A stretch of DNA of 64,000 nt from Lysobacterales bacterium (GTDB lineage: Bacteria; Pseudomonadota; Gammaproteobacteria; Xanthomonadales; Marinicellaceae): assembly GCA_027057345.1 (NCBI GenBank), contig JALUIX010000058.1:10564-74563 (forward strand), given 5' to 3'. The first letter of the stretch is position 1. Each line of letters starts with the position of its first letter. The position numbers and the translations under genes were made by a program. Positions 42,902 through 54,070 of this stretch are shown here, in pieces. The notes under the pieces were generated by a model that was not told where the DNA came from, did not search any database, and saw only the letters and a list, made by a program, of their open reading frames with translations.

Positions 42902-45001
42902 TCAGTCGCCTTTAGCCGCTGGCTCGTTATCACCAGACTGGCCCGCAGGCCCGGCTGTTTTTTTGCCTTCCGCGTTATCACCCAGGTGTTTGGCGTAACT
43001 TTTCCAATGCCCTTCTTCAAAACGGCTGGTTCGCCACCAGGGTACATCGCGCAGCACCGGCTTCTCCAATGGCTTGTTGAAAATGCTTTGCAGGTGCTTG
43101 AGCGTGGCCTCATCACCCGCCAGCCATTTGTCAGTATTGACCTGTTCAACATTCAGGCCCATGCCGATCAGCTGATTGACGGTGCGCGTCCAGTCCTTCG
43201 CTTCGATAGGTTCTGCACCAAAGGCATGTTGATGCAACCAGATATCAGGGGAGTTCCGTTGCAGCACCACCACCCTGGCCTCGGGAAAAAAGCGCTTGAT
43301 GAGCTTGGCCTGATGGGGGTTAAGAAACATGAAATCCACCACGTCACGATCTTCACCACCCAACCACGGCTTGATGTGATCCCAGTAAACGGTGCGCTCG
43401 TTGGTGATGGTTTCCTTGCCCAAGGCATCCAGATCCGCGGTTTTCTGCAGGGCGTAAAAGATATCAGGCCGCCCCAGGCCTGCCAGCCGGTCATTCAACA
43501 CTTCCAGTCCTTGGGCTTTCAGCCACAGGGCAAATGTCTGGATGTCGGTGGAATCATAGCCGAGCACAAAAGTGGGAATTTTGTGATTACCTTCTCCCTC
43601 AGCCGGCCAGGACTGAATGGTTTTTACTTCTTCTTCGTCCAGCTCGGGGTATTTGGGTACCCGCCGCAAGGGCGGAACCTGGGCGAAGGTTTCCCAGGCC
43701 TGATCAAACTGTTGTTGCCGGTCTTCCAACAGGGCTTTGGATTGCAACAGGGGCGCCTTGGCCTTGTCATTAAATTTGTCAAACGGGATGGTGAGCAAAA
43801 ACAGTTCCGCATCCGCCAGCTTGTCCTGGGCAAACAGGCTCCACAGTTTTAACAGCATGGCCTCGGCATGATTAGGCATCAAGCTCAGGACCTTGTCTGC
43901 GGCCGCTTCGGCGGGCTGAGGTTGACCGCTGGCCAGGTAGGAACGTGCCTGCCCCAGCAAGGCTGTCAGATAACGGGAATCGCCCTCGCTTATCTTCCCG
44001 TACGCTTCCAGGGCTTTATCTGGGCGTCCTTGATATTCGTAGGTTTCCGCCAGGGCCACCTTGGCTTCGGAATCTTCCGGTCGGCTCTCCAATGCCTGCA
44101 GCAGCCAGAACCGGGCGTCCGGCCACTGGCCCATCCTGCTCAGGGCCTGGCCCAGGGTCAGCTTGACTGAAGTGGGGGCGTTTTTCTTCACCACCTCACT
44201 CAGGTATTTGGCAGCCAGTGGGTATTGCTTTTCCACAAACGCGGTGTTGCCTAGAGCAATGAACGATTCGCGCGTTTCGGGGTACTTGCTGACAAAGTCC
44301 TTGATCTCATCCGCCGCGGCCTGCAGGTTTCCTGACCATAACTGCGACAGGGCCTTGTAATAGCGCGCCAGTGCATCGCCCGGTTCCATGGCCAGCACCT
44401 TGTCAAAATAACGCTCGGCGCCGGCCCAGTTGCGTTTTTCATACAAGCCCTTGCCGATCATTAATTTGATCGCCGTGTTATCCGGGTGTTGCTCTTCCAG
44501 TTGGGTCAGGTCTGACAAGGCCTGTTCGACCTGACCTTCTTCGATATTGATATCGTCCAGATGCAAGCGGGCTTCCAGCCCCTCCGGGTTCACATGCAAT
44601 GCCTGTTTCAGGTGTTGTTTGGCCTGCTTGGTGTTACCCAGCTGATTTTCAATAAAACCGGCGCCCACCAGCGCCGCGTACAGGTTGGGGTTTTTTTCGA
44701 TGGCCCGGTTGTATTCTTCCAATGCCTGCTCGAATTGCCCGGCTCTGGCCAGGATAGCCCCTTTAAGTTGATGGTAGGCTGGCGCAAATTCATTGCCTTG
44801 CAGTGCCTTGTTGACCCATTTGAGCGCCTCGTCAAGGCGGTTTTCACCCAGGTATAAGGTGGCCAGGGTATACATCAGGTCGGTGTTTTCCGGTTCATCC
44901 TGCAGCAATTCAAGGTAACCTTTTTCGGCTTCGTCAATGCGGCCTGCCTTGTGCCATTCCATGACCTGGGACAATTTGTTGGGGTTTTCTTCTGTACTCA
45001 T
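42902..45001 (-). CDS. TPR-repeat protein with C-terminal sulfotransferase-like domain
   Basis: About 400 aa of TPR repeats. The C-terminal ~250 aa resembles TPR-sulfotransferases (RVVVLQRNSPDIW), but the PAPS-loop position reads GYDSTDI rather than PRSGTT. Start at MSTEEN (ATG 45001). Confidence 0.55.
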   Translation of the reverse strand: MSTEENPNKLSQVMEWHKAGRIDEAEKGYLELLQDEPENTDLMYTLATLYLGENRLDEALKWVNKALQGNEFAPAYHQLKGAILARAGQFEQALEEYNRAIEKNPNLYAALVGAGFIENQLGNTKQAKQHLKQALHVNPEGLEARLHLDDINIEEGQVEQALSDLTQLEEQHPDNTAIKLMIGKGLYEKRNWAGAERYFDKVLAMEPGDALARYYKALSQLWSGNLQAAADEIKDFVSKYPETRESFIALGNTAFVEKQYPLAAKYLSEVVKKNAPTSVKLTLGQALSRMGQWPDARFWLLQALESRPEDSEAKVALAETYEYQGRPDKALEAYGKISEGDSRYLTALLGQARSYLASGQPQPAEAAADKVLSLMPNHAEAMLLKLWSLFAQDKLADAELFLLTIPFDKFNDKAKAPLLQSKALLEDRQQQFDQAWETFAQVPPLRRVPKYPELDEEEVKTIQSWPAEGEGNHKIPTFVLGYDSTDIQTFALWLKAQGLEVLNDRLAGLGRPDIFYALQKTADLDALGKETITNERTVYWDHIKPWLGGEDRDVVDFMFLNPHQAKLIKRFFPEARVVVLQRNSPDIWLHQHAFGAEPIEAKDWTRTVNQLIGMGLNVEQVNTDKWLAGDEATLKHLQSIFNKPLEKPVLRDVPWWRTSRFEEGHWKSYAKHLGDNAEGKKTAGPAGQSGDNEPAAKGD

Positions 45002-45124
45002 GGTTGTTCTCGTTTGGTGTTTAAACCGGTACCGGACTGCCTCATCCCCAATCACTGGGCCATTAATCACTAGTGGGGTGTTTTGGGATAAGACGCAATC
45101 GTCTACGTGGTTTTCAAGAAGCTA

Positions 45125-46081
45125 TTATCCGTGTTTTTGCAGTTGTCTGCTGATGTATGTTTCCACCCAGCTGTGCCCGCGCCAATCCGTGACAAAGCCG
45201 CAATGACCCCCTTGCGGCATTTTCAACAGGCGAATGTTTTCTTTTCCTTCCATCCGTTTGAAATCCTTTACAGGGATAATGGGGTCATCTTCAGCCGTGA
45301 TTACATGGGTTGGGGCCTGTAACGCATTCAATACAGTCTCGGTTAATTCATAGCCCCGGTAATACTCGGTGGTCTTTTCAAACGGCGTGTGTTGCAGAAC
45401 CAGTTCCTGGGTCAGCGCATCCAGCGAACGGTGTTTTTTCCAGCCTTTCCCTGTAAAAATTTCCGGGTAGTGTTGCTGCTTGCGCTGCAGGGACTTTTTC
45501 CATTTACGCAGAAAATAACGGCGATAAACCGGACTGGCCTCTATGGCCAACATGGCACTGCGGGGATCCACCACCGGAGACACGGCAAACACCTGGGCCA
45601 GTTTAATCCCTTTGTCACTGGCCACGGCGTTGACCCGTATTGCAAAATTTCCACCCAGGGAAAAACCGGCCAGAAATAAATGCCGAGGCTGGTATTTGTC
45701 TTGCAGCGTTCTCACGGCATCAGCCACTTCGTCCAGCCGGCAGGAATGAAACAGTCCCCGGTTCAGGTGGTGCGTGTTGCCGTGATCGCGAAAATTCAAG
45801 CGGGCAATGCTGATTCCCTGGCGATAAAGGGTGTCAGCCAGCAGCTGGATGTAGGTGGACTCTGAACGCCCTTCCCAGCCATGCAACAAAACCACCAGTT
45901 GCTTTGGGACGCAATCCTCTTCTGCCGCGGCATAGCGGCACAAGAGTCTGGCATCAGGCGTTTGCAACACGATGTCCTCGCTTTTTACCTGCACCGGGTT
46001 GCTGTGCCGCAGTCGACGTAAACGCCAGGATGAACTGGCCAGCACGCTTTGTACGTGCGGATTGTCAAGAACACGTTTCAT
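45125..46081 (-). CDS. alpha/beta hydrolase (YheT-like)
   Basis: VVLLHGWEGRSESTY and AGFSLGGN. ATG 46081 overlaps the upstream stop (ATGA). Confidence 0.75.
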   Translation of the reverse strand: MKRVLDNPHVQSVLASSSWRLRRLRHSNPVQVKSEDIVLQTPDARLLCRYAAAEEDCVPKQLVVLLHGWEGRSESTYIQLLADTLYRQGISIARLNFRDHGNTHHLNRGLFHSCRLDEVADAVRTLQDKYQPRHLFLAGFSLGGNFAIRVNAVASDKGIKLAQVFAVSPVVDPRSAMLAIEASPVYRRYFLRKWKKSLQRKQQHYPEIFTGKGWKKHRSLDALTQELVLQHTPFEKTTEYYRGYELTETVLNALQAPTHVITAEDDPIIPVKDFKRMEGKENIRLLKMPQGGHCGFVTDWRGHSWVETYISRQLQKHG

Positions 46082-46857
46082 GCTGGCCAATAGTGGTCTT
46101 TGATCAGTTGCTGCTCAATGGCTTGCTGGGCACGTTGTGCCAGGTGACGGGTTTCAGGCCGTTGGCCATCAATGGTGTTGGTAGTCAATGGCGGTAACCA
46201 GGGCACCGGAACACGACCGGGTGGCATTTTCAGCAAGCGCCAGACGTTATGTAAAAATGTTTCTCCCCCGTGAAAAGGCAAGGCGTGATGGCGTTGTTGG
46301 CGGTGATTCCAGTATTCAATGGCCACCGGCTGAATGGGGCTTTGTGTTTCAACAGCAGCCCGCAACAGCTGGCGATGAAAGCGCCCCAGTGCCGACCCAT
46401 CGGTGGTTTTCCCTTCGGGAAAGACTGCCACGTTGCGCCCTTCTTTCAGCCGTTGTTGCAGGGCCTGCAACACGCGTTGGCGCGAATCGCTCCGTCCACG
46501 CTGATGAAAAACCGTTTCCCCACATTTGACCACCCAACCCAAAAGTGGCCAGCGGGCAATTTCTGCCTTGGCCACAAAACCGGCGGTGACCCTGCTATGA
46601 ATGACCGGGATATCCAGCCAGGACACGTGATTGGCCACCAGAAAAACCGGCGCACTGGCCGGCTGACCCGCATGACTCACCGTTAAGCCAAACACGTTCA
46701 ACAAAGCAGTGGACCAGGCACGCACGACACGATCATAGCCCGCCCTGCTTTGTCTGCGACGCAACACGGCCAGGCTCAGCAACACCACAGGCAGCACGCC
46801 CAGCAACATCAGCAACAGGCCACTGCCGCGGCCTATCAGACGCAGCGTACTTTTCAA
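46078..46857 (-). CDS. lysophospholipid (1-acyl-glycerol-3-phosphate-type) acyltransferase
   Basis: VANHVSWLDIPV (HX4D) and VAVFPEGKTTDG blocks. TTG start overlaps the thioesterase stop (TTGA). Confidence 0.8.
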   Translation of the reverse strand: MKSTLRLIGRGSGLLLMLLGVLPVVLLSLAVLRRRQSRAGYDRVVRAWSTALLNVFGLTVSHAGQPASAPVFLVANHVSWLDIPVIHSRVTAGFVAKAEIARWPLLGWVVKCGETVFHQRGRSDSRQRVLQALQQRLKEGRNVAVFPEGKTTDGSALGRFHRQLLRAAVETQSPIQPVAIEYWNHRQQRHHALPFHGGETFLHNVWRLLKMPPGRVPVPWLPPLTTNTIDGQRPETRHLAQRAQQAIEQQLIKDHYWPA

Positions 46858-47276
46858 TGGTTTTCTGCCTGAATCACACTGACTGTCAAACGAGCCACGG
46901 CCACGCGTTTATCGTCTTGATTACGAATATCGATGTCCCAAACCTGGGTGCGTCTGCCCACATGCACTGGCCGGGCACAGGCATGGACTGTGCCCTCACG
47001 TTGCGCCCGCAGGTGGTTAATGTTGAGTTCCAGCCCCACGGCCTCCTGGTCCTCTTCCAGCATGAGGTAGGCGCCGATGCTGGCCACGGTCTCGGCCAGG
47101 GCAGCACTGGCGCCACCGTGCAACAGGCCAAAAGGCTGACGGGTGCATTCCTTCACCGGCATGCTGGCACACAGGCTGTCAGCATTCAATTGGGTTAGCT
47201 GAATGTTGAGGCATTGCGCCAGTCCCGTGGTGGCAAACTGGTTGAGTTGTTCAAGGCTGATTTCTTTTTTCCACAT
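46854..47276 (-). CDS. PaaI/YbdB-type hotdog-fold thioesterase
   Basis: QPFGLLHGGASAALAETVAS block, 140 aa. Confidence 0.8.
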   Translation of the reverse strand: MWKKEISLEQLNQFATTGLAQCLNIQLTQLNADSLCASMPVKECTRQPFGLLHGGASAALAETVASIGAYLMLEEDQEAVGLELNINHLRAQREGTVHACARPVHVGRRTQVWDIDIRNQDDKRVAVARLTVSVIQAENH

Positions 47277-47331
47277 GCTCGGGTTGCCTGTGCTGTGTCG
47301 CGCTTTGGTTTTCTTGGATCAGAGTAGCTAA

Positions 47332-47351
47332 GGAAGCTTTCGAGAGCTGCC
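47332..47351. repeat. possible 20-bp MITE remnant (two fused terminal-repeat stubs)
   Basis: CTAA-GGAAGCTTTC/GAGAGCTGCC-TTAA. Each 10-mer matches the MITE terminus at 8/10. The right-hand TTA is the stop of the DUF3465 gene. Confidence 0.3.
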
Positions 47352-47816
47352 TTAATGATAAACCCGGTTTTTATGACGTATCCACCCTCCGGCATGACGG
47401 CCTGCGGGATCAGCGTGAGTCCAATGCAACAGCCCGCCCTTGGCGTTGTTTTCAAACTGGCCATACACTTCCAGGGTATCTCCAGCCTGCAGGGGTACCA
47501 CCGGCGCCAGATCAATATTGTGAGCCACCAGTAGCGTGTGGTCGCGACCCGGTACCTGCATCAACCATCGCTGGTGCCGACTGCCCTGATTATCAGTTTT
47601 AAGCACCTTGAGCACGGTTCCCTGTACCCGTACCATGCGACCGTCTTGCCAGCTGGCAGGCGCAGCGATTGCACCGTCATTACTGCCAGGGACAACCCGA
47701 TTAGACCAGGGCCAGCTGTTGCTATTCTGCTTTAGCAGCCAGGTAGCTGCCAGCAGCAGCACCAACAACAGCCATTTTTTCTTTTTTATCAGGCGCTGCA
47801 GAACCCGTCCATTCAT
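47352..47816 (-). CDS. DUF3465-family protein
   Basis: Signal/TM N-terminus. HQRWLMQV...LLVAHNIDLAP...GDTLEVYGQFENNAKGGLLHWTHADP...GGW pattern. Confidence 0.75.
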   Translation of the reverse strand: MNGRVLQRLIKKKKWLLLVLLLAATWLLKQNSNSWPWSNRVVPGSNDGAIAAPASWQDGRMVRVQGTVLKVLKTDNQGSRHQRWLMQVPGRDHTLLVAHNIDLAPVVPLQAGDTLEVYGQFENNAKGGLLHWTHADPAGRHAGGWIRHKNRVYH

Positions 47817-47822
47817 TGGCTG

Positions 47823-48728
47823 TCAATCGCCCAAGGATTGCCAGGCAGCGATGCCTCCGGCCAGGTTATGCACATTGCTAAAGCCTTTCTTGCGAAAGAA
47901 TTCTGCCGCACCCTGGCTGGTATTGCCCATGTTGCAGACGAAAACCAGTGGCGTGTCCTTGGGCATCTGTTCGATTTCGGCAATGCTGTTTTTGTCCAGC
48001 CTGCGCGCGCCCGGAACGGTACCAGCTGCCATTTGCTGTTCGGATCGCACGTCATAAATTTTGAAGTTCTCACCCGCATCCAGTCTTTGTTTCAGCGCCT
48101 GGGCACTGAGTTGATTAACCGGTGCCGGTTCATTCGGGTTGCGAATTACCAGACCTGAGCCCTGGATATCATCCACCCAGTCGATTTCGATGCCATTTGC
48201 CCGTTTGGCGGTACCGATATCCATGTAGATGGGAATGCCATTGGCATCAGCCACTATCTCATAGCCCTTGGGTTGCTCCACACTGAAACGGGTGTTGAAC
48301 TGATCATCAATATTCAGGTACAGCACTTGCTCGCCCAGTTCTTCGAGCCCGGATTCGATGTGTTTTCGGGCCTCATCGGTGATGGTGATTTCAGGTGCCG
48401 TGCGATCCGGTGGTGCCAGCCCAAGCAGTTCATGCAACTCGCCAGTATTGTACATTTCTGTAATAATATCGTTTCCACCCACCAGTTCACTGTCCACATA
48501 AAGCTGCGGGATGGTGGGCCACTGCCCGTACTGCTTGATGCCTTCCCGGATGGACTGATCTTCCAGTACATTGACGGTGGCAAAGTCCTCGCCCAGGACG
48601 TCTCGCAAAATGCGCACGGTGTTGGCAGAAAAACCGCACATGGGCGCTTGCGGTGTGCCTTTCATAAACAGCACCACCGGCTGACTCTTGACCATCTGGT
48701 CAATTTTTTCCATTACTTTATCTGTCAT
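47823..48728 (-). CDS. three-domain fusion: monothiol glutaredoxin (CGFS) / Cys-less IscA-like domain / rhodanese
   Basis: Grx4 block [17 protein letters not shown] ... WPTIPQLYV. The middle block [11 protein letters not shown] ... [21 protein letters not shown] aligns to A-type carriers but has no Cys. The C-terminal rhodanese has FVCNMGNTS. Start at MTDKV (ATG 48728, AAGGAA upstream). Confidence 0.8.
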   Translation of the reverse strand: MTDKVMEKIDQMVKSQPVVLFMKGTPQAPMCGFSANTVRILRDVLGEDFATVNVLEDQSIREGIKQYGQWPTIPQLYVDSELVGGNDIITEMYNTGELHELLGLAPPDRTAPEITITDEARKHIESGLEELGEQVLYLNIDDQFNTRFSVEQPKGYEIVADANGIPIYMDIGTAKRANGIEIDWVDDIQGSGLVIRNPNEPAPVNQLSAQALKQRLDAGENFKIYDVRSEQQMAAGTVPGARRLDKNSIAEIEQMPKDTPLVFVCNMGNTSQGAAEFFRKKGFSNVHNLAGGIAAWQSLGD

Positions 48729-48741
48729 TTTTCTGTTCCTT

Positions 48742-51222
<2,481 letters not shown>

Positions 51223-51256
51223 TCAATTCAGGCGTATATTGCCGGTAAGTAACTGC

Positions 51257-52345
51257 TCAGCCATCTTTGATCAGGTCGTGTTTCACGTGAAACACCCGAC
51301 TTTCCTTGTGCACCGGAAATTGATTGGCAATCACCTCCGGATGCAGACTGCTGGCAAAAACCTGCGTATCTATGGTTTCGAATTGGTTAAATACGTGCTG
51401 CAGGTGTTCCTGATCCAGTTCCGCGTCCAGGTCATCCAGACACACCACCGGCCAGCGCCCGGTGGATTCATAAATCATCCGAACCTGGGTCAGGTACATT
51501 TCGATGGCCAGCATTTTTTTTTGTCCGCGCGATAAAATTTTCCGTGCCTCTCCTGGCCCTGCCATGATTCGCACGTCCATGCGATGCGGCCCCACTGTGA
51601 TGGCACCATAGCGGACATGCTGCTCATCGTGATGTAAAAGCTCACCCAGTAATTCTTTTTCTTTTTTCCACCCACTGCGGTAGTGCAATTGAATATCTGC
51701 TGCCTGCAACAAGCCGCTATTCCAACGTGAACCACACTGTTCAAGCAGTCGCTCAAAAACGTCGCGTCGCTGGCCATCCAAAGCGGTACCGGTCTCGGCC
51801 AGTTGCTCATACCAAAAATGACGGTCAGTTAAACTGCCGTCGCCTTGTTTCAACATGGCGTTGGCCTGTTGCAGCAGGTAGCGGTATTTTTTCCAGATAA
51901 GCAAGTGATCGGGTTTCACGTGAAACGTCAGCCAATCCAGAAAACGCCGTTTAGTTTCCGGCGGGGAATCCACGAAGTGATAAGAGCCACTGTGGATGGC
52001 CACCACAGGCAACAGCAGCGAAATGGGCGTAATGCCTTTGAGGGTCTTTTCCTGGAGGCGTGCCTTGACAACACCCTGCTTGTCTTTAGACACGCCAAGT
52101 CGGTATTGGTTGCCCGCCTGGAGGCTTTCAGCAAAGACCGACAAGGATGTCTGTCCGTGGGTAATCATGTTCTGTATGCCACCGGGGCGAAAGGACTTGC
52201 CGCTGGACAAAAAATAGATGGCTTCAAGGAAAGAGGTTTTTCCAATGCCATTGGGCCCGGTCAGGACATTGAGCCCATCAACAGGTTGCCAATCACACTC
52301 GTGAAGACTGCGAAAATGACGTGTGCGCAAGCGCTTCAGGTGCAT
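51257..52345 (-). CDS. recF: DNA replication/repair protein RecF
   Basis: Walker A GPNGIGKTSFLEAI; LSRGQKKML signature; position between dnaN and gyrB. Confidence 0.95.
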   Translation of the reverse strand: MHLKRLRTRHFRSLHECDWQPVDGLNVLTGPNGIGKTSFLEAIYFLSSGKSFRPGGIQNMITHGQTSLSVFAESLQAGNQYRLGVSKDKQGVVKARLQEKTLKGITPISLLLPVVAIHSGSYHFVDSPPETKRRFLDWLTFHVKPDHLLIWKKYRYLLQQANAMLKQGDGSLTDRHFWYEQLAETGTALDGQRRDVFERLLEQCGSRWNSGLLQAADIQLHYRSGWKKEKELLGELLHHDEQHVRYGAITVGPHRMDVRIMAGPGEARKILSRGQKKMLAIEMYLTQVRMIYESTGRWPVVCLDDLDAELDQEHLQHVFNQFETIDTQVFASSLHPEVIANQFPVHKESRVFHVKHDLIKDG

Positions 52346-52425
52346 GAACCTTCTCAGCGAGTTTCAGAGTAAACGGAGGCCGCCGGATTAGCTCAAAATT
52401 GACTGACTAATCCAGTTCTATCTAA

Positions 52426-52585
52426 GGAGCTTCTGATTGAATCTGATGCGAGCAGATTGTCGTGAAAAATCGTTCAGTTCAAGGCGCAAACCGCACGCAA
52501 TAACCAGCTATTGTGAAGGTTTGCAACGCAGAAATGGACGATTTTACGCCGCAAGATGCCGTGTCACGATTCAATCAGAGGCTCC
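52426..52585 (-). mobile_element. MITE copy F (subfamily 1, 160 bp)
   Basis: Perfect duplication CTAA (52422-52425 and 52586-52589). The right-hand CTA is the dnaN stop codon (TAG on the minus strand). Lies between dnaN and recF. Confidence 0.9.
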
Positions 52586-53692
52586 CTAAAGGCGCAAAGG
52601 CATAATGATCTGGCGACAGCGATTGTTATCCGGGTCTCTCACCACGCAGCTGCTGGTGGCGTCCTTGAAACTGAACAACACATTTTCACTGTCCAGGCTG
52701 TTAATCGCATCCAGCAGGTAATTGACGTTAAACCCGGTACCCAGCTCAGTGATATCGGTTTCCACCGCCAGTTCTTCTTCCGATTCTTCCTGTTCAGGGT
52801 TGTATCCGATCAAAACAAGTTTATTAGGAGAAATTTTAAACTTAACGCCCTTGTATTGTTCATTGGACAGGATCGAAGCACGCTGGAACGCAGACCGGGC
52901 CTGCTCCTTGTTAACCTGCATGGTGAGATCGATGTCCAGGGGAATCACCAGGTTGTAGTCGGGAAAACGACCATCGATGAGCTTGGAGGTGAAGGCGGTT
53001 TGGCCCAGGGTGGCGCTGATATGGTTGCGGCCAATGTTGATCTGGATAAATTCCGGCGCGTCCTTGAGTAGTTTCTGTAACTCCAGCACCCCTTTGCGGG
53101 GAATAATGATCTGGTGTTTGACGCTTTCGCTATGCGAAAAGGGCGCCTCAGCCAGGGCCAGTCGATGACCGTCGGTGGCCACTGTGCGAATGGTGTTTTC
53201 ATCCAGCTCCAGCAGCAGCCCGTTGAGAAAATACCGCACGTCCTGGCTGGCCATGGCAAAAGCGGTTTGCTGTAACAGGCGGATCAGGTCATCAGTCTTT
53301 ACCTGGAAGCTGTCCACGGCCTGAACCCCTTCAATCAAGGGGTATTCATCAGCGGGCAACGAAGCGAGGCTGAATCGGCTTCTGTTGGCGCTGACGGTAA
53401 CCTTGGGGCTGTTTTCAGCCTGGGTGATGGAAATCAGCGAACCATCGGGCAACGCCTTGCAAATATCAAACATTTTACGGGCCGGTATGGTGGTTTCACC
53501 AGGCTGGTGAACTTCCACCGGCAAGCCACTGCGCATTTCCACTTCCAGGTCGCTACCGGTCACGGTCAGGTGGTCGTTTTCGGCTTTAAAGCAAAAGTTT
53601 CCCAGAATGGGCAGTGTCTGTTTCTTTTCGATCACCCCGATGGTTTGTCCCAGGGCGTGGAGTAAGGTTTCTCGCTGTGCTGTTATTTTCAT
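52586..53692 (-). CDS. dnaN: DNA polymerase III beta sliding clamp
   Basis: 368 aa; MKITAQRETLLHAL ... C-terminal IIMPLRL; position after dnaA. Confidence 0.97.
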   Translation of the reverse strand: MKITAQRETLLHALGQTIGVIEKKQTLPILGNFCFKAENDHLTVTGSDLEVEMRSGLPVEVHQPGETTIPARKMFDICKALPDGSLISITQAENSPKVTVSANRSRFSLASLPADEYPLIEGVQAVDSFQVKTDDLIRLLQQTAFAMASQDVRYFLNGLLLELDENTIRTVATDGHRLALAEAPFSHSESVKHQIIIPRKGVLELQKLLKDAPEFIQINIGRNHISATLGQTAFTSKLIDGRFPDYNLVIPLDIDLTMQVNKEQARSAFQRASILSNEQYKGVKFKISPNKLVLIGYNPEQEESEEELAVETDITELGTGFNVNYLLDAINSLDSENVLFSFKDATSSCVVRDPDNNRCRQIIMPLRL

Positions 53693-53733
53693 TATCTTTA
53701 TAAAAACCAGTAGTTATAGGCTTGGAACAAGTC

Positions 53734-53856
53734 CGTGGATAAGCGCTTAAGTGATTGATTTTAAGGCAAAAGAAGCGCCGAGTGCAAAAGGATTAAGCTG
53801 TGGATAAGCTGTGTTTAAGTTTAGCGGCTGTTTTTATCCCCGACTTATCCACAGCT
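53734..53856. promoter_or_regulatory. DnaA-box cluster in the dnaA-dnaN spacer
   Basis: Two perfect TTATCCACA boxes in inverted orientation (53799-53807 as TGTGGATAA; 53845-53853), each inside a perfect 13-bp inverted repeat AGCTGTGGATAAG / CTTATCCACAGCT. Also an 8/9 box (53734-53742) and a 7/9 box (53834-53842). An AT-rich stretch abuts the dnaN ATG. Confidence 0.7.
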
Positions 53857-53890
53857 TGCCCACAGGTATTGAGCCATGTTGTTCATCTAG

Positions 53891-54052
53891 GGAAGCTCTG
53901 GTCGAATCGTGACACGGCGCCTTGCGGCGTAAAAGCGCCCATTTCTGCGTTGCAAACCTTCACAATAGCTTGTGTTATTGCGTGCGGCTTGCGCCTTGAA
54001 CTGAACGATTTTTCACGACAATCTGCTCGCGCCAAATTCAATCAGAGCTTCC
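53891..54052 (+). mobile_element. MITE copy G (subfamily 1, 162 bp)
   Basis: Perfect duplication CTAG (53887-53890 and 54053-54056). Lies 18 bp after the dnaA stop, between dnaA and the DnaA-box cluster. Confidence 0.9.
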
Positions 54053-54070
54053 CTAGTGACAATACAAGGC

